A stretch of 63,826 bases of DNA, counting the filler, from Octopus bimaculoides (Eukaryota): assembly GCF_001194135.2 (NCBI RefSeq). It is 6 parts of 4 records of this genome, joined end to end, with 100 filler letters (N's around TTAATTAATTAA, not from the genome) between each part and the next. Parts side by side here need not be neighbours in the genome. Positions count along the whole stretch, not along the records: positions 1 to 29,677 come from NC_068987.1; 5 more parts are not named here. The stretch is one strand, 5' to 3'. The notes under the pieces are model-generated. The model was not told the DNA's origin. It did not search any database and was given only the letters and a program-made list of their open reading frames with translations. Positions 1-12,734 of the stretch are shown here, piece by piece. Made by a program: the position numbers and the translations under genes. Each line of letters opens with the position of its first letter. Within the stretch, counting starts at the first letter, position 1.

Positions 1-10
1 ATATATATAG

Positions 11-47
<37 letters not shown>
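1..47. repeat. (AT)n/(AG)n microsatellite
   Basis: Direct reading of the sequence. Confidence 0.95.
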
Positions 48-2530
48 CCCATCTCAATAACCTCCACTTGGAAGCTGAGGTGAGAGTGAAGAATTTTACA
101 GCTATCCGTGCAGATCATGTCGGCAGAAGAAAGCGTGGGACCGCCATTTTTGTGCACGATTCTTTTTTGGTTGAAGCAATGGACGTATTTACCAATGGCT
201 ACTGTGAAGCAGCTTCTGTGTATAGTAAAACCAACTGACACTATCCACAATATTGCAGTGGAAAAAACACCACTACTCTCAGACCATGACATGATTCTCT
301 GTGATCTGAGATTCTACCATCCAAAGATCAAACCCAATGACATCTCACCAGCCCATCCATTTGACATTATGGATCTTCATAATGCAATCATGATCTTTCT
401 TAAGTTGATTGGGCCTTCACGCATGCACACACCCCCACCAACATAAACACATCATGACAGACATTTGTAGATACTGTAACAAATATATGCGCAAAACATA
501 CTCTATTAAGATCAGTAAACAAATTTAAGTGCAGAATCCCTAGAAATAGAAGAGCAATTACCAGAAAAATAAAAAGAATTAACAAGAAAATCAACCAACT
601 TAAATACTACCAGCAGCAATGCACTCGTCTGCCATTGCATCACTCGAACTGAAAAAACACAAACTCAAAAAAAAGCGCAATGACCATCATTAACAAAGAG
701 CAGCTGAGGAGAAATGGGCCATTGAGAAAATAAAATTCAATCCCAAAGTATTCTTTTCATTTGCAAAAAAAAACAAAGTTGCTGTTTCTACTCTTGATCC
801 TCTGGTTAATGAGAACAACACTCTACATGATGATGCAAAATCTATGTGCGAGATACTGCAGATACAATACTGCTCTCTCTTCAGTAATGCTAATGCAGTT
901 GGTCTAGCTTGTCTCAGCTATGTAAATCCTCAACTAACCATATCTGACGTAACATTTGGCGCTCCTGGTATCCTAAAAGAAATAAATAAGATCAAGCACA
1001 ACTCAGCAGTAGGTCCTGAAAAGTTCAGGCCACTGTTCTGAAGATGTGTTGACATCAAATTGCATCCCCTCTAGCTGAGCTCTGGAGAAACTCACTTGAT
1101 GCCGGCTACATTCGTGATCATTTCCTTTCCCAGTCTGTTGTTCCAGTTTTCAAAAAGGAAAACAAATCTTTTGCAGTGAACTACCATCCAATTTCACTCA
1201 CCTCTCATATCATTGAAATATTTGAGAGGGTGGTGAGATCACAAATAACTCACTTCCTTGAAGACAACAATCTGCTGAACCTCAACCAACATGGTTTCCA
1301 TGATGGCAGGGACTGCTTGTCACAGCTTCTGCACCATTTTGATGACATTTGGGAGATGGCTCCAACACTGAAGTCATATACCTTGATTTCAGCAAGGCAT
1401 TTGACAGAATGGACCACAAAATTCTGCTGAAGAAACTGTCCAACACTGGAGTCCATGGAAAGCTGCTGCAGTGGATAAAGTGTTTTCTGATAAACAGAAC
1501 CTAACGTGCTGTGTTTGAGGGAATCCAATCAAGCCCAGCCAAAATCAATGACATAGTAAATGTCATCAAGCATTCTATATTGAAAATCTTTGTAGATGAT
1601 TCCAAACTTCAGAAGGCCATAAACGGTATGGGAGACCAAACATGCCTTCAGTTGAATCTGTTTGTTGTTGTTCAAATGGGACGAAAAGAATTATATGCTT
1701 CTAACTGAAGATAAGTTTAATCTAATCCACTTTGGATAAGAGGATACTCTGAAACTTCCATATGCTCTTCCCTCAGGTGATTCCCTAGTGTCATCCAACA
1801 ACAGCAGAGACCTTGGAGTAATTGTTGATAACAATCTAAGCTGGAGTTCTCATATAAACAGCAAGGTTGACTTGGCCTACAAGATGTGCTCTTAGATTCT
1901 GAGAACTTTCAGGTCTAGAGATGTTCACACTATCATCCTTCTCTACTCTACTTTTGCCCAATCCCACCTTGAATACTGTTGCACATTGTGGTCTCCCCAC
2001 ACAAAGCAACTCATTATGAAAGTAGAAGCACTCCAGAGGTCAATAACAAGAAAGATAGACGGCATGACAGGCATTGACTATTGGGGTCGACTAAACAAAC
2101 TCAATCTCTACTCCCTCCAATGCTACCAGGAGCGCTACATCATTTGTTTGATGTGGAGAATATCCCATCAATATTCCACAAATGATGTTGGCATCAATTT
2201 TAAAATCCATCCAAGACTTGGCCCCCATGCTATCTGCCCACTATGAAAATCGAACTCAGGACACATAACAACATTACGCCACAACTACCTCAACCAGTCC
2301 AACTCTCTTTAATACCATACCAAAATACATCAAAATGGAAATGAATCCCATAAAATTCAAAAGATCATTGGACAAATTTCTTTAAAAAAAATTCCGGACC
2401 AACCTCCTACAGCTGGATATATCTCCAACAATAAGCCTTTGCTAGAGTGGGCCATGGTGCGCCATATATGACTAAATGACTTCGACAGGCAGTATTATTA
2501 AGTTAGACATGGCCTTGGCCAAAACCTATC
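48..2530 (+). mobile_element. Decayed CR1-clade LINE ORF2 (endonuclease end plus reverse transcriptase)
   Basis: Frame-broken motifs: LSDHDMILCDL, NYHPISLTSHIIEIFERVV, NQHGF, (Y)LDFSKAFD, KIFVDDSKL, RDLGVIVDNNLSW, HLEYCCTLWSPH, LNLYSLQ. The GVPQG motif region appears deleted, and there are many stops and frameshifts. Confidence 0.88.
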
Positions 2531-2559
2531 AAAGTTATATATCTACGACATATGTGGAA

Positions 2560-3480
2560 AACCTCCAATAATTCTGCATTTTTCCAGATAACATTTCCAA
2601 TGAAAGTACATAAATTTTTGATTCCAGATTCAGCAGACCTAATTCTACATTTCACGACTCACAGTTTTGAACTGCTAAACCTTATTATTGCACTTTCTTG
2701 ATGCATGTACACTTTCAATGCCCATAACTCCAATAATTCTGCATTTTTCCAGTTTTAATTTTTCGATGGCAGTACATAAATTTTTGATTCCAGAACGTAT
2801 TTAATAAGTGTGTCCCAATACAATTAACTCATACTTTGAATGCTTAAAATTTCTAAAAAAATGAAACCAAACTTCCACATCAAATTTAGTTGGGATACCT
2901 ACCCAGTATCACTTATACTTATTTTACAAATTATAATATTTATTGCTTATTTACAGTTCATACAACATTTTCATGAAAATAATTGAGCCGTCGAATTTAG
3001 AAATATTTTACAGGTTTCATAGTTTGTTTGATTACTTTGAATATTGATTTTTTGTGTGTCCAATTTCTAATTTTTGCAGACAATATCACTTTTATACTTT
3101 ATTTCACACGTGAGTAGACCTCATGTCTGGAAACCTCCTGACATACTTGAATTGTTGAAAAAGTTCAATAATAGGGCCCCTCCAATGGATCCTTCTATCT
3201 ACTACATATTACTAATATTTTATTTAAACAACCCAAAGGAAATAACCCATACCACCTGCAGTTTTTAGCGAAGCAATCAGTATTTGATTCTCACAATCAG
3301 CTGACCTAATTCTGCATTTCACTACTCAGTTTGAACTGCTAAACATTATCATTGCACTTCCTTGATTTGAATCTTAAACCTTACAGACTTCATTCATACA
3401 TTTCTATACATACATACTTTTTTGAATGCCCATTACTCCGATAATTCTGCATTTTAACAGTTACACTTTTTCCATAACAG
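2560..3480. repeat. Locally duplicated AT-rich segments
   Basis: ctccaataattctgcatttt recurs at about 2565 and 2729, with a variant at about 3437. cagc(a/t)gacctaattct...gaactgctaaac recurs at about 2631 and 3298. Confidence 0.7.
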
Positions 3481-3829
3481 TAGATAAATTTTTTATTCCA
3501 CAACGTATTTGTAGTGGTTTCATGCAGGCATAGTGTGGATTCGATCCTCAATTGCCAAATTTCACCTAACACTTCAACAGCGCTTTTCTCACGGTAAAAC
3601 AATAGTTTTTCTGTGAATGACAGCAGTTATACATTTCCCAGATGCCTTCGCTAGGCAGAATAATGTCTTTGCCACTTGACCCTTCTAACCTCTTCTAGGC
3701 TACCAGGGGGTGGAATGGAGATAACAGACCTCCAATGAAATCATTTGTTCTCAACAATATGTCTATCCTTCTGGCTGCTTTTCCATAGTTATAAAAACAA
3801 GAACTCCGTAAGCTAAAGGCAATTACTGA

Positions 3830-4750
3830 GAGCAAACATCAGAATTAGAGAAGAAATTCCAGGTATGGAAACAAAACCTGGAATCAAAGGGCCTTAAAGT
3901 TAACCAGGCTAGTGATTGTTACTAAGAAAAAAGATAAAACTTTCTTTCCGTCAGGTAAATGGCCCTGCTCAATATGTAGGAAAGATGTTGGAAGAAATTC
4001 TACTCACTGCACCCAATGTAAACTATGGACGCATACGAGATGCAGTGGTATCACATGTAGATTAACAGATAGAGTAGTCTTTATATGTGGCAGATGTGCA
4101 GGAACAATAAGCATTAAGAGTAAACAAGAATTAGATTCTCTCAAATGCCCAGGAGGCTCTCTTGAGGTTGTAAATAGTTTTTATCACCTAGGTGACTAAA
4201 TTAGCAATGGTGGAAGATGCTCTGAAAGTATTGGGTGGAGAAAGTTCAGAGAGCTATTACCTCTGTTGGCAACAAAAGGCTTCTTTCTCTCTGAATGAAA
4301 GGTAGACTACATGATGCTTGTGTACGAACAGTTATACTCCATGATAGTGAGACATGGGCTCTGAATGCTGAAGACATTCGTAAACTGGAGAGAAATGAAG
4401 GTAGTATGCTCCGTTAGATGTGCAACATCAGTGCACATGTACGACAAAGTGCAAATGTATTGAGAGAAAAGTTGGGCATAAGAGAAATCAAATGTAGCAT
4501 GCAAGAGAGAAGAAGACTATGTTGGTTTGGACATGTGATGCATATGAATGAGGACAGCTGCATAAAGAAGTGCTGATCAGCGAAAATGGATGGTACCCAC
4601 GGAAGAGGGAGACCCAGGAAGACATGGGATGAAGTGGCAAGAACTGATCTCAGGAAGTTCGACCTCACATAAGAAATGACCATGGACCGAGATGTCTGGC
4701 AATATGAAACTCTTGAGAATACCCGCCCATATCAGCGAAACTGAGTTCTA
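3830..4750 (+). mobile_element. RTE-clade LINE, 3' part of ORF with PHD-like finger
   Basis: NLESKGLKVN, then CSIC..CTQC..H..C..CGRC, then LEVVNSFYHLGD, WRKFRELLPLL, LCWFGHVMHM, GRGRPRKTWDEV. Confidence 0.88.
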
Positions 4751-5639
4751 GAAGCGCTGTGTCCCACCCACACTTAACAAGAAAAATTCTCACACATTCT
4801 ACCACAACAAACCAAATTACGTCGCTACATCCCTTCTCTTCCTCACATTTCCACTTCATGTACTATGATTACCTCCCACTCCCCAATCTTGTCCTCTTGG
4901 CCCAGTGTCACTGTATCATTGCTCTCTGCTTGTCCCTGACCAGTGCGTTCTACCCACATGCCTTGTCTCACTCTATTATTGCCATCTGCAAGCCCTCGAC
5001 CTGGGTGTTCCACCCATACGTAACATGAAAACTTTTCCCTCACCATACCCAACAAACCAATCTACAATAACTTCTCTTTCTCGCATTTCCTCCTTCATTC
5101 GCTATGCCTAGCTCTCACTCCCTAATCCTGTTCTCACACCTCTGTTCCTCTGTATCATTGCTATCCGGTAGCTCCTCCAACTCAATATATACCCATGTCT
5201 TTCACCACTTGCTCGCACTCTTTAACTGCAGTCCCTTCGTAGTATCCTGTCACTTATATTATGGCATTTGAACCTCAAGGGTATGCCCTGGCACTTGCCA
5301 CTTTCTATATCTCTCTCTTCCTCTACTCAACCATCTCATTTATTCTCTGATCCCCGTTCCTTGTGAGTATGCCCAGCATTTTGCCACCATCTCCATCCTG
5401 CAGTCTCTCACTCTCTCTCTCCCCTTCTCCTGCACTCCCCTTAGGTTGGGCAACCGTGTATTTTCTTTGTGATAGCACACCTGTTTCTGTCTTCATTCCT
5501 GATTTTTCTCTCTCAGGCTGGATAACCTTGTACTTCCTCTACAGCAAGACACCTGTATCTGTCTCACTATGACCTTTTCATCATCACCTCCTCCAATGCC
5601 TTCCCACCTTTTAAAAGTTTTTGTCTTGCAAGTACTTGG

Positions 5640-5935
5640 TGACCCTGTTTGTGCAGGTGCCACTTTAAAAGCACCGCGTCCACAAGGTAAATTGGTTGGT
5701 GTTCAGAAGGGCATCCAACTGTAATAACCTTGCCAAAACTGACCTCACCTGTGCTTGTGCCATGTAAAAAGCACTAAGTCCACTCTGCAGGGTGGTTGGT
5801 GTTAGGAAGGGCATCCAGCTGTAAAAATCCTGCCAAAACAGTCACAGAAGTCTGGTGCAGGCTCAGCCTGGCCAGCTCTTGTGGTACCATCTCACCCATG
5901 CTAGCATGGAACATCGGCGTTAAATGATGATGATG
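5640..5935 (+). mobile_element. RTE-LINE 3' UTR/tail fragment
   Basis: ggttggtgttaggaagggcatccagctgta...cccatgctagcatgg...aaatgatgatgatga. The same tail follows an RTE ORF end at 48720-49230. Confidence 0.75.
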
Positions 5936-6869
5936 AGTCTTACCCTGCAAACCTTGTCAAAAAATATTAGCTACAAACACAGTTGTGCAGCTTTAAGTGA
6001 TGAAAAAAGGTGATAATTTTAAGAAATCAAAATATTTTTGTCTTTTATGAGAAAAATAATATTATTTGGAGTCAAACAAAAAATTCACCATGACGAGTAT
6101 TTTGGAGAAAAATCTGTCTAAAAATATTAAGCATAAAAGAAGTTATGATCTTTTGTGATTTCTTATAATTCTGTTTATGTATGTACATATTAAAACCATA
6201 TTAAAATAAAAAATTTTCACTCTTTAAAAAAACTAATTATTTGTAATTTAATTAGAATATTATGTTATTTTATAAAAAATGTTTAAAAATAGATTTATTT
6301 GTAACAGACATGTTACTATTAATCCTTTGTTATATTTAGGTGCAAGCAACATTTCTAAGTTTGAACAAAATCTGTATTTAAAAAACATTTGCAAATGTAT
6401 CATTTTTTCACTTATAAATGTAAATATAAATAAGTATAATAAAAGAAGCATTGCATGGAAAAAAAATGTAGACTAGAATGAAAAATACAGTCATAGAATC
6501 CTAGAATATTCATAAGGACTGAGCCTGGAAAAGTTCTAGAGGATGATCACTACTATAACTCAGCATTGTTTAGAACTGATTACAAACAATGTGTATAATT
6601 TTCTCCAGAGATTAATAAGGCTATCGACTACACTAAGGCTATAGATACTTAATACATAATATGGATACATAATAACTTGCACAGTACTAGAGGTTATAGC
6701 AAAACTGGAAATAAGAATAAATTCAAGAATAAGATTAAGAAGTATAATTCAAATATCCTCAATAATGGACTTATAAATGGTAGAGATAGCAGTAATAATA
6801 GTGTTAATGATAACATGGATATGAATAGTGAAGTACTTTGGTGGAAACTAAGTACTGTGGTGGAATTTC

Positions 6870-7260
6870 AACTTGCAATGCAACTGCAGCATGAAATGGC
6901 CGAAACAGGCTCATAATTATTTGAATAACGCCACTGATTCTTGCTGCAGTCAATCTAGTAGCAATAGAAGTCATATGAATTATCAACATAAAAATTATAA
7001 AGTTAGGACAGGAAAACTACACAGATTACATAATGACATAATCTGGTACAACCCTGCTTGGAATTACACAATCACTACTAAAATTCATGAAAAATTGTCA
7101 GGCTTGTCAGAAAATAACTTTCCCCCTATCTAATAAATACCACCAGATATTTAGTAAAAGGAAAATAAGAATCTTTTATTCTACTCTTCCTAACCCTGGG
7201 GCTACTATGGCTGGTATCAAAAAGCGAAATATTAATTCAGCAAGAGATTATGATTAGAAT
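6870..7260 (+). mobile_element. Penelope-like element remnant (RT to endonuclease linker)
   Basis: IIWYNPAWNYTITTKIHEKLSGLSENNFPP resembles the PLE linker IIWFNPP...KHFP. Confidence 0.55.
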
Positions 7261-8189
7261 ATAATAAACAGAAGTATGAATGTTAGGTAACTTCATGATA
7301 CGATTAATATGGTCCTAAACTGCAACAGACAAAATAATGAAAATGGGAACACATTTAAGTTTAACAGCAATGGTAGTAAAGGCAATAATCTTAATTTTCA
7401 CAATAAGAGGAAGTGTATTAATACCATTGTTACTTCTTTAAATAATGCCAATAATAGCTTATATCAATGTCATACAAATGATTGTTGTAGTAATGATAAT
7501 GGATTAGATGATAAGGGTAATGTGAGTGGTGGTAATAACTAAATAGAATTTAATATTGCTAATAATAATGATGAGGAGAAGAAAAAGTAGTAGTAGTAGT
7601 AGTAGCAGCAGCAGTAGTAGTAGTAGGTGTTTGTACAGAACAAGATTGTTGTGCCAGTACTATCAACAATCATAATTGTAGAATGCTAGGCCAAGTACCT
7701 AAAAAATGTAGTAGAAATTTAGTTGACTGCCCACACAAGTTGCTCCTACACACCTGCATCTAATGTCAGTGGTATAAGATTCCCTGAAGTTGATATAAAT
7801 AACCCTAATCCTGCTAGTGTGTGTAGCAGTAGGGGAGTGAAGGCAAGGAAAATAAGTATTAATACTATAAATACTAATGCACTATCTGACAATTGTAATG
7901 TTTCTGATGTAACTGATAGAATACATCTACACATGTCCAAATATACCATGACCACACTGCAAGTGTTTGCAATAATAATAAAGTTAGCTATTATAGTAAT
8001 ACTAGCAGCTAAACCTGGTTTCACCCGGTCTGTTTGGATGATGTGGCAGTGATTGTTTTTCAGTTAGGCATAATCTATAACAGTGTTTCTCAACCTGATC
8101 ATTTCGTGTCCGTTTCGATTGGAGCCTCCAGCTGTATGAAGATTCCACCCCCTCCTGTCAGAAAATGGCTTCAGGAGTTGTGAAGGGTT

Positions 8190-8581
8190 AAACAACAATA
8201 ACAATCCAACACAATAAAGAAGTTTATGTGAAAGCTAATTCACGTAATACTTTTTTGGGAAAATTATTTTCTTTTAAAGAAAAAATAGACACGTACCTTT
8301 TTAGAAAACAAAATGTGGCTGAGAGCTATTGTATTAGACATTTGTTTAATGAGAGAACAGAAATTGAAAGAAGATATAACAACAAAATTGAACATAGTAT
8401 ACATATTACAGAATATAAAGTTTTATATAACACCAGGATAGAAGAGGATCAAGGCTGACCTATGGTTAAACAACAATAACAATCCAAAACAGTGAAGAAG
8501 TTTATGTGAAAGGTAAATCACGTAATACTTTTTTGCGAAAATTATTTTCTTTTAAAGAAGAAATAGACACGTACCTTTTTA
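8190..8581. repeat. About 277-bp-period tandem duplication running into an N gap
   Basis: aacaacaataacaatccaa...gacacgtacctttt occurs at about 8190-8300 and again at about 8467-8581. Confidence 0.8.
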
Positions 8582-9156
8582 NNNNNNNNNNNNNNNNNNN
8601 NNNNNNNNNNNNNNNNNNNNNNNNNNNNNNNNNNNNNNNNNNNNNNNNNNNNNNNNNNNNNNNNNNNNNNNNNNNNNNNNNNNNNNNNNNNNNNNNNNNN
8701 NNNNNNNNNNNNNNNNNNNNNNNNNNNNNNNNNNNNNNNNNNNNNNNNNNNNNNNNNNNNNNNNNNNNNNNNNNNNNNNNNNNNNNNNNNNNNNNNNNNN
8801 NNNNNNNNNNNNNNNNNNNNNNNNNNNNNNNNNNNNNNNNNNNNNNNNNNNNNNNNNNNNNNNNNNNNNNNNNNNNNNNNNNNNNNNNNNNNNNNNNNNN
8901 NNNNNNNNNNNNNNNNNNNNNNNNNNNNNNNNNNNNNNNNNNNNNNNNNNNNNNNNNNNNNNNNNNNNNNNNNNNNNNNNNNNNNNNNGGGGGGGGGGGT
9001 AGGAAAAAATAGAAAGCGCGTTCCAATCTATGCACCCGTCTCCACATGTGTGCAATTTTTCAGGCAAATCCACCCAGCCATTTGGCCGTGAACCTCAAGA
9101 CAAGAAAGAATACAACGCTCGGCCAACTTCAATTTATATTATAGATTATTGGATCT

Positions 9157-9640
9157 TTGAATCATTTTATTAGTTTTCATACTACACCTAACTTATATGA
9201 TAAAAGGGATCATAATTACCTTGTTGCCCCTACAATGTGCAATTCTCATAGCAAGGATACCTGTCCACTTCATAATATATGTTTAGCTTGGAATATAGTT
9301 TACAAGTGCAACATAATAACTGACGTTAACACCTTTACCTATATAGGCACCACATCTCAAGATTTCAAATCAAGATTGTGTAATCATCTTTCATCATTCT
9401 GACATTACAATAAAGCTTGTATCTTGTCCTTAGCAGAAAAGGTGTGGTAATTAAAGGATAATAATACTCAGTCTAAAATTGCCTGAAATATAGTTAGGAA
9501 AGCAGTACCATATTTAAATAACAGGAATGGCTGTATGTTGTGCTGAACTATATGAAATATTAAAATATCTGGGTAATCTTAATACAACACAATATTTAAA
9601 ATGAAATGCTTACATCACAGTAAAAAGATATTCTCTCACT
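9157..9640 (+). mobile_element. Penelope-like GIY-YIG endonuclease remnant
   Basis: CNSHSKDTCPLHNICLAWNIVYKC...YIGTTSQDFKSRLCNHLSSF matches the PLE Cys motif plus the GIY-YIG halves. Confidence 0.82.
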
Positions 9641-10089
9641 TCAAACCTGTTATGTAATGTCTACCGAAACCAACTGTTTATCTATTCTGAGAATTAATTA
9701 CGTTAATTCCGTAATTCTCTAACCCTTACTGTACTTATGTTACTGTAATATGTTCTGTCAGTATGATCACATTATATAAGATAATTGTGACATAATGTAT
9801 GACCTCATTCTCAACATAACCGCCTTCTCTCATTTACATTTATATGGATATTTATATCATCTTCTCTCACTTCCAGTCCTGGCACTGAAAGAGAAATTAC
9901 AACTAAACCAAAGACAGGGCTCTGTCAATGACGGTCAATTCAATGTTAGGTGTTTCAACCTGGAAGTCATGGAATCTCCAAATGAAACAAGACAAAGAAG
10001 TGGAACTCTTTCTATCTGTGCATATAAGCAAGTGCATATGCGCTTTGTACCTTCCCTTGAAATCATTGGCTATCTCTCCTGAGAATTGA

Positions 10090-11130
10090 TTCTCCATGTA
10101 ACTCCTAGGTTAGATGGAGGATTGAACCAGCTTATCTTTCTCTTTCTAGTCCTCTTTGGTTGTGGGGTTGGGATCCTCCATATATGTTAACTTCTTGGTA
10201 ACCTTACTCCCTGCCAATGCATCATTGTTATTGTTGTTGGGGGGGGGGGCTGTTGAAGATTTCCTTATCAGCCAAAAGTTTGGATATTCTTCTGCTAATG
10301 CCTGAAACTAGGTTTCTAATTACAGCAGGGGAGGGTAATTCAAGCTTCTGAAGATGTATACAGTTTCCTCATTGGGAAACTGTATACATCCTCAGTACTT
10401 GCCTGTTTTCAGGTCTAGTGTCATAGCTAGAAAGTTGACCATGATCAAGTTGATGTTATCTATTATGGACAAGCCGAATTCTTAGTATATTTTTACCACA
10501 CCCTTCCTAAACTTGTCCATGACATGGCCATTCATATGGTTTGAAATTGCCAGGCTGACATCTCTGTAAAGGGCCAACCTATGTGGGTGCATGCGTTTCT
10601 TGAGGGTATCCAAGATAAATAAGCCAATGAGGTCAGCAATCTTAGCCCATAATAGCTTCCCATAGAAATGTTGAACAGTTGACTGCTTTCTTTCTTCATC
10701 TAGGAGGAATTGTTGTGAATCAGGATTGACTTTCTGATATTCATAATGATTCTGACATCAAGATTGTTTATACTAGTGAATTGCTTAGCAAAATTTAGAG
10801 CCTTCAGGAGGTGAGGTTTTGATATAGAAGGGTAAAAGTCTACGATGTCAAAGTGTGTGAATCTGCAGGCTGATTTGTTCTCAATATCAGATATGCTGGA
10901 ATCCCACTGAATCAACTCTGTGGACCTTCTAATGTCAGAGTTGATGGTGTCAAGAATACACTTACTGACAATACCTATTTCACTTTTCAAGGAGTTGATC
11001 AGCCTGCATTTGAGGTTGGAGAGGAAATTAGGTTTATAGTCCTTAAGTGTAATGTGGGAGGTGGGGGGAAAGGGGAGTTGTATGGCAAGGTGGTCCACAC
11101 AATCCTCTATATTAAGGACAATAACTAGCT
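10090..11130 (-). mobile_element. Penelope-like reverse transcriptase remnant
   Basis: ITLKDYKPNFLSNLKCRLINSLKSEIGIVSK, FDIVDFYPSI, FNISMGSYYG, LYRDV (decayed YRDD), SWFNPP. Frameshifted. Confidence 0.9.
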
Positions 11131-12140
11131 CTATTTATATAATTGAATGTGGAGATGCTAGTTTTCTTGTATGTCTTGGTAATTGTGTTTGTGAGGAGTC
11201 TTGTGTGTGTGTGAGGATATATCATTTCCAAAAGCATAGCCTCAATTTAATTTAATTCTCCTTCCATGCTAATAGTCTCCTATTAGCAAAGCATCACCCT
11301 AAACTCATCATAATCAGAAATTATTTCACCACTGACTCACAGTCACACCATTTCTTCGTCTGCCTCTTATCATTATTGTGCCCCGAGTTCAAATCCTGCT
11401 GAGGCTAACTTTACCTTTCATCCATTTGACATCAATAAAGTATCAGTGAAGCACTGGGAACAGTCTTTTCTCTTTCTTGAAATTGGCTTTGTGAAGGATC
11501 AAGCAACAACAAAGAAGGACCATTATTACAAGCCTCAGCTTTTCTAACTAGCAAGTTGTTTGTCACCTCTGCCACAGTCCATCTAATCTCCTCCTTTCAT
11601 CCAAATACTACTTTACCCAGCAACCTCACCAGTACAAAACACTTTGTTCAGTTATTCAGCTTCTCCAGAATACTAACTCGTTTATTTTAATCTGGAAGAG
11701 CCTGCAATGGTATTGGATACAGATGTTGGATTATTACCCTTAGTTTAGTAATAAACATGCTCAGGTCAAATTCAGTTCGGTGCTACATATCTAGCTGGGA
11801 CTAAGATACATAATGATTATCTAAGATCAAAGAAACTGAAACTCAATGTAAGATATAAATACTGATTTCTAACATACGCACAAGGATTCAAAACTTTGAG
11901 GGAGGAATTTGTCAAATTATATTTACGCCTGTACTCAACTGGTACATTTTATCAATCACAGAAGAATGAAAAGGTATATCAATATCACTAGGATTTGAAC
12001 TCAGAACATTAAGGCATGCAACTAAAGACTACAAAGGAATTTGTCCATTATTTTATGACTATCAGACCATTACACTTCACTTTTCTATTTGCTTTAGCAG
12101 TACATATACTAAAATTTCCACAGGATATTTTAGCATTTGA

Positions 12141-12734
12141 TATATTGGGTCATCCCATAAATAATGTGTTTTTTGCAATTATATGAACTAAAAGAAGGTC
12201 TCCATCCACATAAGGTGTTATCTGTTTGGTTGGATATGAAAGGTTTAGTGTACTTTGAACTTTTAAAACCAAACCAAACAATAACAAAGAAGATCTACTG
12301 TGATCAGCTTGAGTGGCTTAAGTCAGCACTAAAAGAAAAATGGCCATCTTTGCTTTCAAGATGAAAGGTGTTCTTCCATCAGAATAATGCTAGGCCACAT
12401 ACAACAAGGATGACATTCCAAAAGCTGGAACACTTTGAATGGGAATCTATGCCACACCCACCATATTCGCCAGACATTGCCCCATCTGATTATCATTTGG
12501 ACAGAAAAAATATGTATTCTGTAGACAAGGTCAGAACAGTACTGGAGGAGTATTTTTCATTACAGACAAGTAAATTTTGGAAGAGGAGCCTTGCAAGTAC
12601 CAGATTATTGTAGCACATTATAGAAAATGAAGGAGAGTACATTTTAGATTAAAAGAGAACTTTGTTTATCTTAATTTTGAAAAATAAAAGAAGTATTAAA
12701 AAAACTACATTATTTATGGGGATGACCCAATATA
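12141..12734 (+). mobile_element. Internally deleted mariner transposon with both TIRs
   Basis: TIR tatattgggtcatcccataaataatg at 12141 and its reverse complement at about 12709-12734, TA flanks, peptides LHPHKVLSVWLD, FHQNNARPHT, HPPYSPDIAPSDYHL. Confidence 0.92.

Noticed and set aside
3080-3109. 30-nt segment with strong plus-strand acceptor and gtgagt donor
   Set aside because: It sits in a locally repeated region, has no partner exons, and is open in all frames, so chance cannot be excluded.
7746-8024. Hydrophobic minus-strand ORF resembling a membrane or mitochondrial protein
   Set aside because: It is the antisense reading of an Asn/Ser-rich AT-biased tract. No recognisable motif, splice structure or mitochondrial gene order.
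9757-9803. Hammerhead-like fold at the end of the GIY-YIG fragment; similar partial motifs at 12831, 17630, 27230, 33744 and 56414
   Set aside because: The core or GAAA half is missing, or the stems do not pair. Too decayed to call.
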